Positions 11,846 to 25,024 of a DNA stretch of 64,000 nucleotides are shown piece after piece. The notes under the pieces were generated by a model. That model had not been told where the DNA came from. It saw nothing but the letters and a program-made list of their open reading frames with translations, and searched no databases. Source of the stretch: Octopus bimaculoides (lineage: Eukaryota). The position numbers were made by a program, and so were the translations under genes. The stretch lies in the NCBI RefSeq assembly GCF_001194135.2, contig NC_068989.1, positions 96,488,991 to 96,552,990 of the forward strand, read 5' to 3'. How positions within the stretch are numbered: position 1 is the stretch's first letter; every line of letters starts with the position of its first letter.

Positions 11846-13029
11846 GAGACTGTGAAAGAGAGAAAGAGAAAGAGTGAGAGAAATGATTTTTATTTTCATT
11901 TTTAGTCTTCAAGTTCAGAACAGATATCTTCCTTCTTTGTATTTCAGTTTTGATATGTTAACTCTTTACTTTCTTTTGAATAAATATTATTTCTAAATTG
12001 ATTAAAATCCATGTGAGAAGCCACAGCAGGTCACATACAGCCTTTGAGCCATACGTTGTGCAAAATTTGGTTTATAATTCTATCAACTCTACCATGCTAA
12101 TTAACCAATTGTGTGCAACAAAAGTGAACCAGTCACTTCAGAATTTCAGTTGGAAACTAACATATCTGAGGTATTCTTTCTATTATACGGAATCAGCTGA
12201 TACCCACCACCACCGCTGCCACTCTTCCAGTGGTGGTGGTGGTGATGGTGGAGGATTAGAACTTACCTTTAATGTAACAATAACGATTTAACCTGTTGTT
12301 CATTGTCACTCGAGAACCTCTAATGCAATCTTGCCAAAAAAATTATTCAGATCTATTTTATGTTTGGGATTAATTACTTTCATATCTTAAGATTTCTAAT
12401 TAATGGTGACAACTAAAATTTAAATAATAAATGATGTTTCTGTAATGAAAAAGCTCTTTTATCATTCTGTGAACTTTTGAAAAGGAAAGCAAAAATGACA
12501 ACCAAATCTAATCTATCTTTTTTGAGAGAATTAAATCATTTATTGTTTGTTTCTAATGAGCCAAAAAATACTACCAGCTTCATCTTCACTTTCCTTATCT
12601 CTTGTATTATTTTCATATTTGTTTTTCAATCACTAAATGGTATGTGTATAGCTGTGCTCTGTTACATCCTTGCATATGTCATAATCCTATGTTTATTTCA
12701 AATACAAAACCCAACTTAATATTTTGGTTTATTATAACAATCTCTGCCTTAGCTGATTAAAAATCTTTGTAACCCTTTTTCCAAGTGTAAAATTACTGAA
12801 GACTTCTGAAGATGTTTCTACTCACATTGCTGAGCAGTAAAGGTCCAATAAGATTGAAACCTGCCTGTTACAGTCACTCTCTCCACTAACAGACATCAGA
12901 TTTTCCCTTAAACATGAGAATTAATTTTTTCAAATCTTTTTATTCTGTTACGGGTTCCAATCAAACTGGCATTGCTGGAACACCACTTTGAAAGGTTTAA
13001 TTCAAATTAAAGCCAGTATTAAGTTTAGA

Positions 13030-13255
13030 ACTTATTCTATAATTTTGTTTTTGCCGAGTGGCTAATGTATGGGGACATAAGCAAACCAACACCATTTGTC
13101 AAGCAATAAGAAACAAACACAACAGACATGCATGTGCGTGCATGCACATATGACAAGTTTCTGTACAATTTCCATCTACTAAATTCACTCACAAGGTATG
13201 AGCCAGCCCAGTGCTATGGTAGAAAACACTTGCTCAAGGTGCCACAAAGAGCTGA
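13030..13255 (-). mobile_element. CORE-type SINE
   Basis: AAATTCACTCACAAGG...GCTATGGTAGAAAACACTTGCTCAAGGTGCCAC is the reverse of the CORE-like CCTTGAGCAAGTG; a related copy lies at 13960-14115. Confidence 0.65.
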
Positions 13256-13384
13256 ATAAATTTAATAGAAATAATATCCAAGGAATTCTATTCTTTGATC
13301 TTTCTTCACCTTTCAATGGTTTCTTTACCCATTCACTTTGCCTTCACTAACTTTTAACATATTAGAATTTTGCTCCCAAATAAT

Positions 13385-13565
13385 GGCTTCTGACTTAGCT
13401 ACAAGGTCAGCACTTTTGAGGGGAAGGGATCAATCAGTTTCATTGACCCTAGCACTTGACTGGTACCCTAACCCTAACCCTTAACAACCCCAACAGGATG
13501 AAAAGCAAAGTCAACCTTGATGGGATTTGAACTCAGAGCAAAAAGTGATGGAGCAAATATTGCAA
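13385..13565 (-). mobile_element. tRNA-derived SINE (family with TAT tail)
   Basis: GGATGAAAAGCAAAGTCAACCTT..GGATTTGAACTCAG is the reverse of the B-box CTGAGTTCAAATCC...GACTTTGCTTTTCATCC seen at 14740-14945 and 56576-56782. Confidence 0.75.
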
Positions 13566-13891
13566 ATTCCCTATTCCACTGCCCAGACAATTCAACCAGT
13601 TCTCTTCTCTCTTCTCTCAATCAACTTCAAAACCCAATTGTAATTTACTATGTACCCTAAAGCTCTTTTGTTGAAATGAAATTTTCCATTTTTTTCTCTC
13701 CAAAGAGAGACTTAATCACTGCTGGTTGCATAAACTTTTAGGCAAAACTCGAAATCCCAGCATTAGCCCCTAACTAATATTACAAAGAAATTTGACTTTG
13801 CTTTTAGTATTGAAGCCCCATCTTGCTTTAGTAAATGTTCTATCATTATCTTGTAATTCCTTTAAAATGAAACCTAAAAGTTAACAATTGT

Positions 13892-13960
<69 letters not shown>

Positions 13961-14189
13961 AGACCTTGAAGTTTCTGCCTACCAAATCCCACTCACATGG
14001 AACTAGTTAAACCTAAGACTACAAAGCAAAAACTTGTACAGAATTGTACTAGTTCTGTACAATGAGATTGAACTCAGAAATATACAACTGCAAAGCAGAC
14101 CTCTTAACTACTTGGCTAATATGCTTCTCTTTGTATTTTTGAAGAAAATACTTCAATGAACTTATTCAGTTCTTGTAGCCATCAAACAT

Positions 14190-14405
14190 GTGTCCAGAAC
14201 TTCTCGTGAAATATTTTTGATGATCCTATTGGAAGGAAGTTATGTAAGACAACCAAGGAAGAGATGAAAAATGGTGAAGAGCATTCAGCCATGCCAAAGG
14301 TTGTTGACATTGGAACATGATGCAGCCCTGTGGCTTGCCAAATCCTGTAGAACCACTCAACCCATCTGACCATTGAAAACAGACATTAGTTGATGATAAT
14401 GATGA
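14190..14405 (+). mobile_element. Old RTE 3' end
   Basis: GAGCATTCAGCC...CTGTGGCTTGCCAAATCCTGTAGAACCACTCAACCCATC..GAAAACAGACATTAGTTGATGATAATGATG. Confidence 0.55.
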
Positions 14406-14421
14406 TACTGGTGATCACTCA

Positions 14422-14472
<51 letters not shown>

Positions 14473-14739
14473 CCACTTTCACATACCATGACTACCATTG
14501 GGATCGATCAGGTACCAAACAAGGATTCTGGATTATTTTTCTGGCATTTTTATTTAATTTCTGAGAGCGGCTGGGTTCATTTTTAGTATTCTCGTTTGTG
14601 AGAGCAGTTTAATTCATTCTTATTTTAAAGATATTCTCATTTTAAAGATCATCTCTGGCTAATCGTTGAGAGGACGTTGGTGTTGCCTTGGCAAAGGGTT
14701 GTGCCCTCTGAGTGCTCTTGTTGTTATTATTATTATTCC

Positions 14740-14945
14740 GGTGGCAAGTTGATACAATTGTTACTATGCTGGGCAAAATGCTTTTTGAGTTCAAATTTCC
14801 GCTGAGGTTGACTTTGCCTTTCATCCTTTCATGGTCAATAAATTAAGTACCAGTTATGCTCTGGGGTTGATATAATCAACTAGTTCCTTCCCAAAAAATT
14901 TCGGGCTTGTACTTTTAATAGAAAGGATTATTTTTATTATTATTA
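14740..14945 (+). mobile_element. tRNA-derived SINE (TAT-tail family)
   Basis: GAGTTCAAATTTCCGCTGAGGTTGACTTTGCCTTTCATCCTTTC...AAGTACCAG...GGGGTTGATATAATCAAC, (ATT)n tail. Confidence 0.8.
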
Positions 14946-16165
14946 GTAGTAGTAGTAGCATCATTACTATCATTCCATTGTTGTTATTGTTGTTGATGCG
15001 AGCTTTCTCTTTATACCTCATTCTGACATTTCTCAAAAGTGTCTTAATTAAAATTGTCCTGAAAAACTTTAGCAAAACTGAAAAAAAAAAGGTATTCTTT
15101 ATTATTATTTTTATTTATTAATTTGTATTTTACGAAATTTTAGACTCATTCTTCAGCCTTTCTTCTTCAATTAATTAACTTCCCCACTCCTACACATTTG
15201 TTCCAAGAGAAAATGTAATTAAAACATTTTATTCTCACTTTTTCAAACACATGCATGCACATGCACACACATATATGAACATGTGTGCATGTGTGTGTCC
15301 ATATATATTTATACCTATGTATGTGTACATGTCTGTGTGTATGCAAATATATATGCATATATATGTATATAAATGCATTACATACTTACACATGGGTACA
15401 TATGCATGAATCCATTTACATATGTTCATAAACTTGCACACACACACACAAACTCACACATCTATATGCACGACATGTATACACATAAATACATACATGC
15501 CTAGTAAGCACATTGAGTGAGGTATATACACACACATGCAAGTAAAACTTTTTTAAACACTTCATTAAGCTCTCTGTTCTCTCTTGACATTTTTTCCTGC
15601 TTTTTAATAATTGCTTATTGTTCATTATAGCCCCTGACAATCTCTTCTGAGCATGCTTTGACTATTCTCCATTTTGTTCTCACTTTTATGACATTGTTGT
15701 TATTGTTTATTAAGATTGTCCATAATTAAATCCCTGATTATATCGTTGTATGAAATGGTCAGCAGGGCCATTGACAAGGGAGACAACTTCTGAACTGAAA
15801 GAGCCAACGGTGCTGTGTGTCAAGGTTGCACTAAATGGCCATTGTTGCTCTCAACACTTAGCCTTTTCCTTTCTTTGCCTTCCTTGTGTAGATATGAATG
15901 GGCACACGGGGGGGGGGGGATGGCCATGAGAAGATTGCTTTGAAAAGTGCATGGAGCTGAATACAATCTCACCATGCAGCACTTTATGCAACTCTCTTCT
16001 AACCCTAACCTCAGCTTCACCAATGTAGATTGACAGACAGACAGGTCAATATATAGATAGGTAAATATAGACAGGTAAATATATAGATAGATACACAAAT
16101 GCAGAGAGAGAGAGAGAGAGAGAGAGATTTGTTGTGAGTGGTAGTTTAAGTCTGAATTGTGAAGG

Positions 16166-16482
16166 TATGTAGCTCAGTGGTTAGAGTATTTAGCTCACAA
16201 CTGTAAGGTTGTGAGTTCAATTCCTGGAAACACACTGTGTTCTTGAGCAAGCCACTTTATTTCACGTTGCTCTAGTCCTTTCAGCTGACAAAAATGAGTT
16301 GTATGTGTATTTCAAAGGCCCAGCCTTATCACAGTCTGTGTCATGCTGAATCTCCCTGAGAACTACATTAAGGGTACATGTGTCTGTGGAGTACTCAGCC
16401 ACTTGCATGGTAATTTTGTGAGCAGGCTGTTCTGTTAATCAGAGCAACTGGAACCCACATTGTCATAACAAATGGAGTGCTA
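16166..16482 (+). mobile_element. Full-length tRNA-head/CORE SINE (second copy 33270-33595)
   Basis: A box TAGCTCAGTGG, B box GAGTTCAATTCC, CORE-like TTCTTGAGCAAGCCACTTTATTTCAC; body collinear with 33270-33595. Confidence 0.85.
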
Positions 16483-17080
16483 GATAAAAAAAAAAACTCC
16501 AAAAGTCTCAACTGATGTCTTCATCAACTGAATGAGAAAATCTTCAGACAGAATTCGAAGTCCCAGTCAAATAATTTTTATGGCATATTTGACTCTTTAC
16601 GATTAGTATTGAATTTTCCTATCAGTAAATTCTTGACTGCACACTTGAGCATGAATGGCATTACCTGAGGGCATTTTGTCTAAGTTCAGCTTGACAAACC
16701 TCAGAACACATCAGAAAGTGCTTTGCTTGCTGATTTCTATACAGGAACAGAAGTTCATATCTAGTCCCAAAGGTCCAGTGGAGCTATCTGTCACTGAGGA
16801 GGTGAAATTAAGCTGAAATATTGGTGTTTGATAGTTCCAGTCATTTGGAGTTTGATGTACTTTGGGAAGAAATTTGTTCTTTGGAATAAATTCCTGCAGT
16901 GAATTTATATTTCAGTGTGCAGAAATGTTTTCAAGAATGACTGTGCACACCATTATTTTGATTCTTCTTGTTTCATGTACTTATATTGTTTATATATTTA
17001 TTCATCTTCTTAGATACATAGATAGCTCTATAATGTATTACTATCTAGCTAGCTAGCTAGCTATCTACATTGATTGGTCA

Positions 17081-17124
<44 letters not shown>

Positions 17125-18395
17125 AAATAAGCACTACTTGGGTAATATGATACAAAGGTCCTGGGTTCAATGACACACCGTGGCAATTTGGGAAAGTACC
17201 TTTACTACAGTCTCAAGTCAAACCAAGCTTTATGAATGAAATTACATAGTTGGAAACTGTATAGAATCCTGTCAAATGGACTGTACCTGCAGTTTAAAGC
17301 TCCAGTTTTGTCATACTTTTCATCATGTTTCTTCTGATTGAGATTACTTTAAAGGTCCATACCTTTGTGGAAGAGTCAACCAGTTTGCATTCCAGTTCAA
17401 TGAGTAGGTTGTGTGCTTGATTGAACAAGGGATGCTCATGCTGTGAAATCAACAGGAGAGTCCATCATTATATATGGCATATACTGGGGTGGTTAGGGTG
17501 TTGGCCTCATGATTTTTAGATTACGGGTTTAATTTCTGTATCAGGTCTTATTTATCAACACAGTGATTTGAGCCAGGCCACTGAGTTGATAAATAAAGTA
17601 CCAGTTCAACATTGGGGCCTCTTTTTTCTTCTCTAATTCCTTTTCCAGTTCTTTTGAAAGAAATTGACTTTGGTAAGACTTGGAGAGGGATGGGCTCTGC
17701 CTAGTCTAAAATGTCTTTGTCTTGCTGTATGTTATAACAGCGCCCACAACATGTGCATGAAGGAGTTAAGAGCCTATGCCACAGCACATATATTCATACA
17801 TACATGCATGCATATGTTCACACACACATACACACATACATACACACATACATACATACATACATACATAAATAGAATGTGTTTGTGTGTGTGTAAGAGA
17901 AGACTTTTCCAGAATGTATTATCATGTTTCTAATATGGCAAAATGACTGATGTTCTCTATACTTATTGGCTAATCCAATCAGGACATTACCAGGGGGAAG
18001 ACAATGATCCATTTGGCAGCTAATAATGCAAGAATAACCAGTTTACTATGTTAACTCTGTTAGCTGCTGTCAAGTAAACGAGACAAAATAAATGAGTTTT
18101 TGCTTGACATGCATACATTTAGAATTTCTGGCAAAATATTCAAGATGTCACGGAGCTTGTTGATCGAATGCATGAAATATGTTTAGAATAACAAGTTTCT
18201 TTTGTACCTAACCCATTAGGAAGGTTAATCAATTTTCCTATTGAAGACAGGCAAAAAATGAATTATAATTCATAAATATATAACTTTGCAACAGTAACAA
18301 CCAAATGTGATGGAGTTAGTTATAATTCAGGTAGAAAACATTTAATTTTGTGATACATTTTTTTCACTTACAATCATAAACTCAGACATACACAA

Positions 18396-18440
<45 letters not shown>

Positions 18441-18757
18441 CTCCTTCTCTTTCCTTCTCTCCTTACATTTTTTTTTATCTTTCTTCACAATTCTTCCTTT
18501 TCTCTGCCTTGCTCTTTCTCTGTGGCTTTCTCTGAGAAAGCATCTTCTTTTCTCAGTTTTATAATATTACTAGATAAATGTTTATGTCTTGTTTTATTGC
18601 ATAAACCAGACCATCATGTTTACACACACACACATGTGATTGTGTATGTATAAGTATAAAGTCTGGGAATTAATGAAGATAAGGAGCCATGGATCTACTG
18701 TTCTGTGTTGAGGGAGTTTAATTAACAGTTCTAAGAAGTTGTTTATATATATATATG

Positions 18758-18792
<35 letters not shown>

Positions 18793-19799
18793 CTGTAGAG
18801 AGAGAAATTGAAAGAGGAAGAGAGAGAGGGAGAAATTTTCTGTCACTTACTTGAAGCCTTCCTGAATGTAAAACTACAGTAGCACTAATTTAGAAAGCTA
18901 CTGTAAAATACAGTTAAGGAAAGATTAAATATAATTAAGAACAGAATTTTAAAATTTCACTTTGAAATATTTGATAATTCCATATTTCAAGTGAAAATAC
19001 CTTTTTAAAAACTGAATATGGACACCAGGTGATTCATTTTAGTTTGAAGTGTATGTGATGTGGTATATTAGGTATGACAATGTTTTCCAGGCATCATTTA
19101 AGCCAGATAGTCTAAAGCCAACCTTCACACATTTCTCCGATAATTGAAATTGTTCTCACATAATGGCAGATTTAACCAGGCCAAGGTTGTATTGTAGTTT
19201 GCTTGAAGCATTGCAAAATATACAAAAATAAGTGATTGAAAAAGGTACAACAACACGGATGGGGAGAGATTAAATATAAATGAGAACACAGTTTCTTCTT
19301 TTAGCTGAAATTGTTAATTTTTTTGTGGTGATGGAATGCTCTTTTCGAAAGAATGAGGTGAACAGAAGAATATGTTTGGATCCATTGTGGTTTTGAGCCT
19401 GGATGAAGTGCTAAGATGTTTGGAATGACATTTTTCCCAGTAGCAAAGTAAAAGAAGACTGAAAACTCATTTGAAGAGTTCTACATATTTTTGTTTATTA
19501 TTAGCTGAAGTTTACAAAGTGACATTGCAGCTGAGAGTTCCATATGTTCTCTGACTTATTAATTAAAGACAGAGAATTGGCAAAACTCTGAGTTGTAATG
19601 TAGCATTGTAACCTTAACATATTAACTAAAAGACACACAGACATATATTGATAAAACAACAAACACACACACACACATGAGACAGACACTTTTCTACACA
19701 TGTATTTGTACCATATATGTATGTGAATAAAATTTAGTCCAAACCTGTCTGTCTCAGACTCTAACCTTAACTGAACTTCATTGTCCTTGCTTTCTTTCT

Positions 19800-21300
19800 T
19801 TCCCAAAAGCTCAAACTCCATAACATATTTTACCAATTCTTGTGCCTTGCCTCCACTGTATAATTTGCCTAACAACCATATCCAACGCTTTGTTGGTACC
19901 AAAATAGCAATTTTCTCTCAAATCATCGAGGTAAAACTATTGGGAGGGGAAGAGAAGGACAAGAGAAATATAATGTGGTTGTTCCTGCAGACCTTAATGA
20001 CATTACAGTCTTCAAGAAGGGAGACTGGACAATCTGTGGGAACTAATTGTGGCATCTCAGTTCTCAGTGTCGCTGGGAAGTTTTTCACCAGGATCCTGCA
20101 AGATACATTATTGGTCATTGCTGAAGAAGTTTTTCCAGAGTCGCAGTGGAGCTTCTGCCCCACCTGTGGTACCATTGACATGGTCGTTTGTACTGACTTT
20201 CTCCAATAAAAGGCCTTAGAGCAGAGAAAGCCCATACTTTCTGTGCTCTGAAACTTGGAGAAAGCTTTCAACAGCATACCAAGACCTACAATGTGGGCCA
20301 CCTCAAAGCATTTTGGTTTTCTTGACCACTTTATGAAGCACATCCAGGCTCTACATGATGGACTGTCTGGCCAGATCATTGCCAAGAATGCTCTCTCTCC
20401 AGTTCTTTCCCAATTACAACTGGCTTGAAGCAAAGATGTGTCTTTGCTTCCACTTTGGTTTCTCTCTACCTCTTTGCCATGACCCATGAGATCCCTAATT
20501 GGGCTCCTGGAGTAGACATCCATTACATAATGGATAGAGGACTTTTCAACACTGCCCAGTTCAGAGCCTGTCAATTTACCACCACCTTGGCTAAAGTACA
20601 TGAACTGCAGTACATGGATGGCAATACTACACCTGTGCACTAAGTTTTTAATCTTTAGGGGTCTATGAACCTCTTCAAAAACTTGTATTCCTGCTTTGGT
20701 TTGACCACAAATACAAACAAGACAAAGATCCTTGCACAAGGAGTCTCTGGCCAATCTCCCACTGGCATCAGTGACACAAGGTTATATGGCACTATCCTGA
20801 ACCATGAAGCTACCTGTCCAATAGTTGCACCATTCAGAAAGACATTGAGAATAAGATCAATGCATCCCATTCTGCGTTTGGAAAACTCTCAAAATAAGTC
20901 TTTCTAAACCATGACCTCACCATCCAAATGAAAATCAGGTATTCTAAGCTGTCATCCTTTCCACATTCCTCTACTGATGTGAGATGTGGGTGTTGTATCA
21001 ACATGACTTGAAGAAGAAAATAGAACATTTCCGACAGAACAAACTTTGTGTAATCATGAGGATTTGATGGAAAGCCTATGTTATGAGATGAAGAAGTGCT
21101 GCTCCAGACCAGACTGCCCTGCATTGAGGCCACCGTGGCACAGCACCACCTCTGCTGGTTGGGATACCTCAAATGTGCCTGCCCTGTCAACTTTGGGAAA
21201 TTGGCCCCAGGTACCAAACAACACAGCGCCCCAAATTCCATTTTCAGGACCAGCTCAAGGTCACCCTCCTGTTGCATTCCTAGATAAATTTCTAGCTCTT
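19800..21300 (+). mobile_element. RTE (BovB-like) LINE ORF2 reverse transcriptase, heavily decayed
   Basis: CGISVLSVAGKFFTRIL..FPESQWSFCPTCGTIDMV; LEKAFNSIPR..W; LHDG; KQRCVFASTLVSLY; ELQYMDG (YADD position); FGLTTNTNKTKIL; EATVAQHHLCWLGY. Many stops and frameshifts. Confidence 0.92.
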
Positions 21301-21425
21301 TAGCCCTTATCAATGGGAAATACTGAAGAGAAGGTGTTTTTTTACACGTTTGTATCTGTGACATATTTCAACTAACCTAAAGTTCACTTCTGCCTAAACA
21401 CTGCTTGGTGCTGATACTACTGTAA

Positions 21426-21467
21426 CACCCATGCTAGCATGGAAGGCGGACATTAAACGATGATGAC
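21426..21467 (+). mobile_element. Extreme 3' end of RTE/SINE
   Basis: CACCCATGCTAGCATGGAAGGCGGACATTAAACGATGATGAC. Confidence 0.8.
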
Positions 21468-21924
21468 TATTTATATGTACACACACACACACATGCACAT
21501 TTGTATATCAATATGCATATATACATAAATATATCCACATATATGTATGTATGCGCACACACACATGCACAAAAAATTAATTACATATTATATGAAGCAT
21601 CTTCATTATTTTCGTTATGAAAAGAACATCATGTTTGGCATATATTATAGAGGCAAAATAATTGTGTATTTGTTCTCCATTCATGTGTGAGATTATTAAT
21701 TGGAGCAAAAGCATCTACCACATCGATTCTCTATCTATTTAAAGTTTGTTCTGGCAGCACTTAGGACTCCTAATCATATATTTTTTTATAAATCTTAATA
21801 CTGACTGAGAGAAAATGCTCAGGGTCTTCTCCTGCATGGTAAACAAAGAGTAAGATTGATGCCTAGTATACATAATAGTGTGAAACAAGAAATTTTAAAT
21901 AGAAGAATTTCTTAACCACCAGAT

Positions 21925-22075
21925 GTTATGGTTAAGAAGGTCGCTTCAGAAAACCAGGTTTCATGTTCAACCCTAAGGTATGTCTCTTTGGACAAGTGTT
22001 TTTCACTACAGCTGTGAAGTGGGGATTGAACTAGAAAGTACATATTTGAGAAATGAACCTCTTCACTGCAGAGTA
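21925..22075 (-). mobile_element. Degenerate tRNA/CORE SINE heads
   Basis: GGTTAAGAAG...TCTTTGGACAAGTGTTTTTCACTACAG (+) abutting GGGATTGAACT..ACATATTTGAGAAATGAAC (reverse head); orientation is mixed. Confidence 0.4.
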
Positions 22076-22292
22076 ATGAAGATTCGTTCAGTTGTCCAGA
22101 CACTCCTTCTGCTGCATTAAAACATTATGGAATCAAAGCAGAGAGGTGAGACTTTGAAGAAACCGTTGCCAGTGGGAAAATGTTGATCATTTTCAGTCTT
22201 CAATATGGGAATATTTTCAGATTATCAAAAAGTCATTTTGGAACCAGCATCGAGGCTGTGATCACAGCGAATATTCCTCAATTAGCACTGAT

Positions 22293-23030
22293 TGTATGTG
22301 TGTGTGTATGTATGTGTGTATGTATGTATGGTATGTATGTGTGTATGTATGTATGGTATGTATGTATGTATGTATGGTATGTATGTATGGTATGTATGTG
22401 TGTATGTATGTATGTATGTATGTATGTGTGTCTGTATGTGTGTATGTATGTATGGTATGTATGTATGTATGTGTGTATGTATGTATGTATGTATGGTATG
22501 TATGTACATATGTGTGTATGTATGTATGTATGGTATGTATGTGTGTATGTATGTATGGCACGTATGTATGTATGTATGTACATATGTGTGTATGNNNNNN
22601 NNNNNNNNNNNNNNNNNNNNNNNNNNNNNNNNNNNNNNNNNNNNNNNNNNNNNNNNNNNNNNNNNNNNNNNNNNNNNNNNNNNNNNNNNNNNNNNNNNNN
22701 NNNNNNNNNNNNNNNNNNNNNNNNNNNNNNNNNNNNNNNNNNNNNNNNNNNNNNNNNNNNNNNNNNNNNNNNNNNNNNNNNNNNNNNNNNNNNNNNNNNN
22801 NNNNNNNNNNNNNNNNNNNNNNNNNNNNNNNNNNNNNNNNNNNNNNNNNNNNNNNNNNNNNNNNNNNNNNNNNNNNNNNNNNNNNNNNNNNNNNNNNNNN
22901 NNNNNATGTATGTATGGTATGTATGGTATGTATGTATGTGTGTGTGTATGTATGCATGTATGTATGTGTGTATGTGTGTATGTATGTGTGTATGTATGTG
23001 TGTATGTGTGTATGCATGTATGTATGTACC
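22293..23030. repeat. Complex (GTAT)/(GT) microsatellite spanning a 311-N gap
   Basis: Direct inspection; source of the spurious CVYV/HTYI ORFs. Confidence 0.95.
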
Positions 23031-24396
23031 TCTTTCTCACTCTCAAAATATATGTACACACACATATATATATAGTGTGTGTGTGTATATATTGAGAGAG
23101 AGAGAGTGAGAAAGGTATATATACATACATACATGCATGCATACATACATAAAACTATATAAATTGTTTTACTAGAACATCTAGTGATGCACACACACAC
23201 AAACACACACACACACACACACACACATGCACACACACACACTCGCATACACACACACACACACGCATATAGCACACTCAGATTCTTTTATAATGTATGT
23301 ATTGATTCTTGGAAAATTTGTCTGAGGTCACATCACATAAATGTGTCTAAATTTTGCTTTATGATGCAGTGTGACATAAATATATGTGCTCAAATGTAAT
23401 TGTCTGATACTTAAATGCATCTCTACCTAGACTTGTGTGTAACATAGACATTTATGCGCATAGAATAGTAAATTAAATTTCTGGCCTTCATTTGTGGTTT
23501 AAAGCATACATCAATATATATATGTGTGTATGTATATACATGTATATAAATGTGTGTGTGTGTGTGTATAAGTGTCGATATATGTGGTGTGTGTAGATAT
23601 GTATGTATGTATGAATACCTTAGAGAGCTTTTTTGTTATTTTTTTTTTATTTTTTATATTTTTTTTATTTTTGCCACTTTTTTTTTTTTCCTTTCTTTCT
23701 CTGAGAAATAAATAATGAGCTTTGAAAGATCACATTAACATTATTACTAAACATAAAATATAAAGAAAATACTTGTCACACACAAGTTTCTCCATAAGTA
23801 TAGTGAATACCTCCATGCTTTGTGCAAGTATAAAGTTTTTAATCAACTAAAAGATTGCAAGGTAATTATGAAAGAGATATTTTCATTACTTCTTTCTCAT
23901 ATTTTAGCTGATGAAATAAACTGCTTCCAATTCAGATCACTTTCTTTTTCTTTCTTTCTTTCTTTCTTTCTTTCATTCCTCCTCTTCCTCCTCCCCTCCT
24001 CCTCCTCCTCACTTTTAAGATGAATGGGGCCAGACTAGGAATCTAAGTTAAATCTCTTTTCTTTTTTTTCCCCTCCATGTTTCCTGCAGCCTTTTTGATG
24101 CCTAAACTAATTAACTATTAGACTGTGTCCATTTTAATTAATAAAAATGAAGAATATTTTTGATGTGCAGTTAGGAATGAAATTGAAGACAAAATGAAGA
24201 ATGAAGAATTAATCCTTTGTTTTTGCTCTCTTAAGCCACCACTTTTCTCCAGTGGTTTTCTTAAAATGTGAAACAGTAATACTCTGGGGTAAGTTCAATT
24301 AACCATTCTCCATCCAAGCATTAAAAGAGATTCGGTTTAATCAAGGAATTTTTTTGTTACTTTTATTATTATTGCTGTAATATTAATAACAAATTC

Positions 24397-24398
<2 letters not shown>

Positions 24399-24453
<55 letters not shown>

Positions 24454-24733
24454 TTATGTTTGACTTTTGTTTTGCATTTGTACAAGTTGGATCCAAGTCT
24501 CACCCAGAGACCTCAAGAGACAACAAGTTAGAAGTTCATGTAGGTGTTATGCCTAGGGTACCATATATTTGGATTTGTACATACCATATATTTGGATTTG
24601 TACATTTGGATTTGTACTAGAGAATGTTTAAGAAACCATAAGAATATTGCGTTTGTTTTAAAATTTGAGATCACATAGACAGTATTTTATGTAGGATAAA
24701 ATTTGAGATCACATAGACAGTATTTTACGTAGG

Positions 24734-24735
<2 letters not shown>
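24399..24735 (-). mobile_element. Young R4/Dong LINE 3' UTR (family X), flanked on both sides by (ATT)n
   Basis: Near-identical to 57116-57349, which is linked across the gap to an R4-type ORF; 38-bp tandem duplication at 24660-24735. Confidence 0.85.
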
Positions 24736-24765
<30 letters not shown>

Positions 24766-24767
24766 CA

Positions 24768-24835
<68 letters not shown>

Positions 24836-24948
24836 TGGTTTGATTCAGGGTTTATGTGGATAGCGGGTTACTACCTGTAACCTTAGATCTCCACAAGTTT
24901 TCAGCAGTCTTTCAAGTGCTTAGAACCCTCCTGATAATCTTTGCTGTC
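24736..24948 (-). mobile_element. R4/Dong LINE 3' end (family Y)
   Basis: Homologous to 56785-56920 (encodes ..TAKIIRRVLST*); hairpin at 24855-24895. Confidence 0.85.
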
Positions 24949-25024
24949 ACCTTTTCTCTCAATAGCAATGTTCCACCTTCAAATGAGAGCATGTATCCCT
25001 GCCCCGTAAAATTCTGTTGACTGT

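Noticed and set aside
12261-12330. AAG|GTAAGT donor on the - strand
   Set aside because: No strong acceptor upstream; perfect donor 8-mers occur at about the chance frequency in this window.
16168-16230. tRNA-like sequence with A and B boxes
   Set aside because: No acceptor stem and it continues into a SINE body repeated at 33270; it is a SINE head, not a tRNA gene.
17960-17982. Opposed ATTGG and CCAAT boxes
   Set aside because: No other promoter evidence; short motifs are expected by chance.
22180-23275. Six long ORFs (259-337 aa) rich in CVYV/HTYI
   Set aside because: Read-through of a (GTAT)/(GT) microsatellite and a 311-N gap; not genes.
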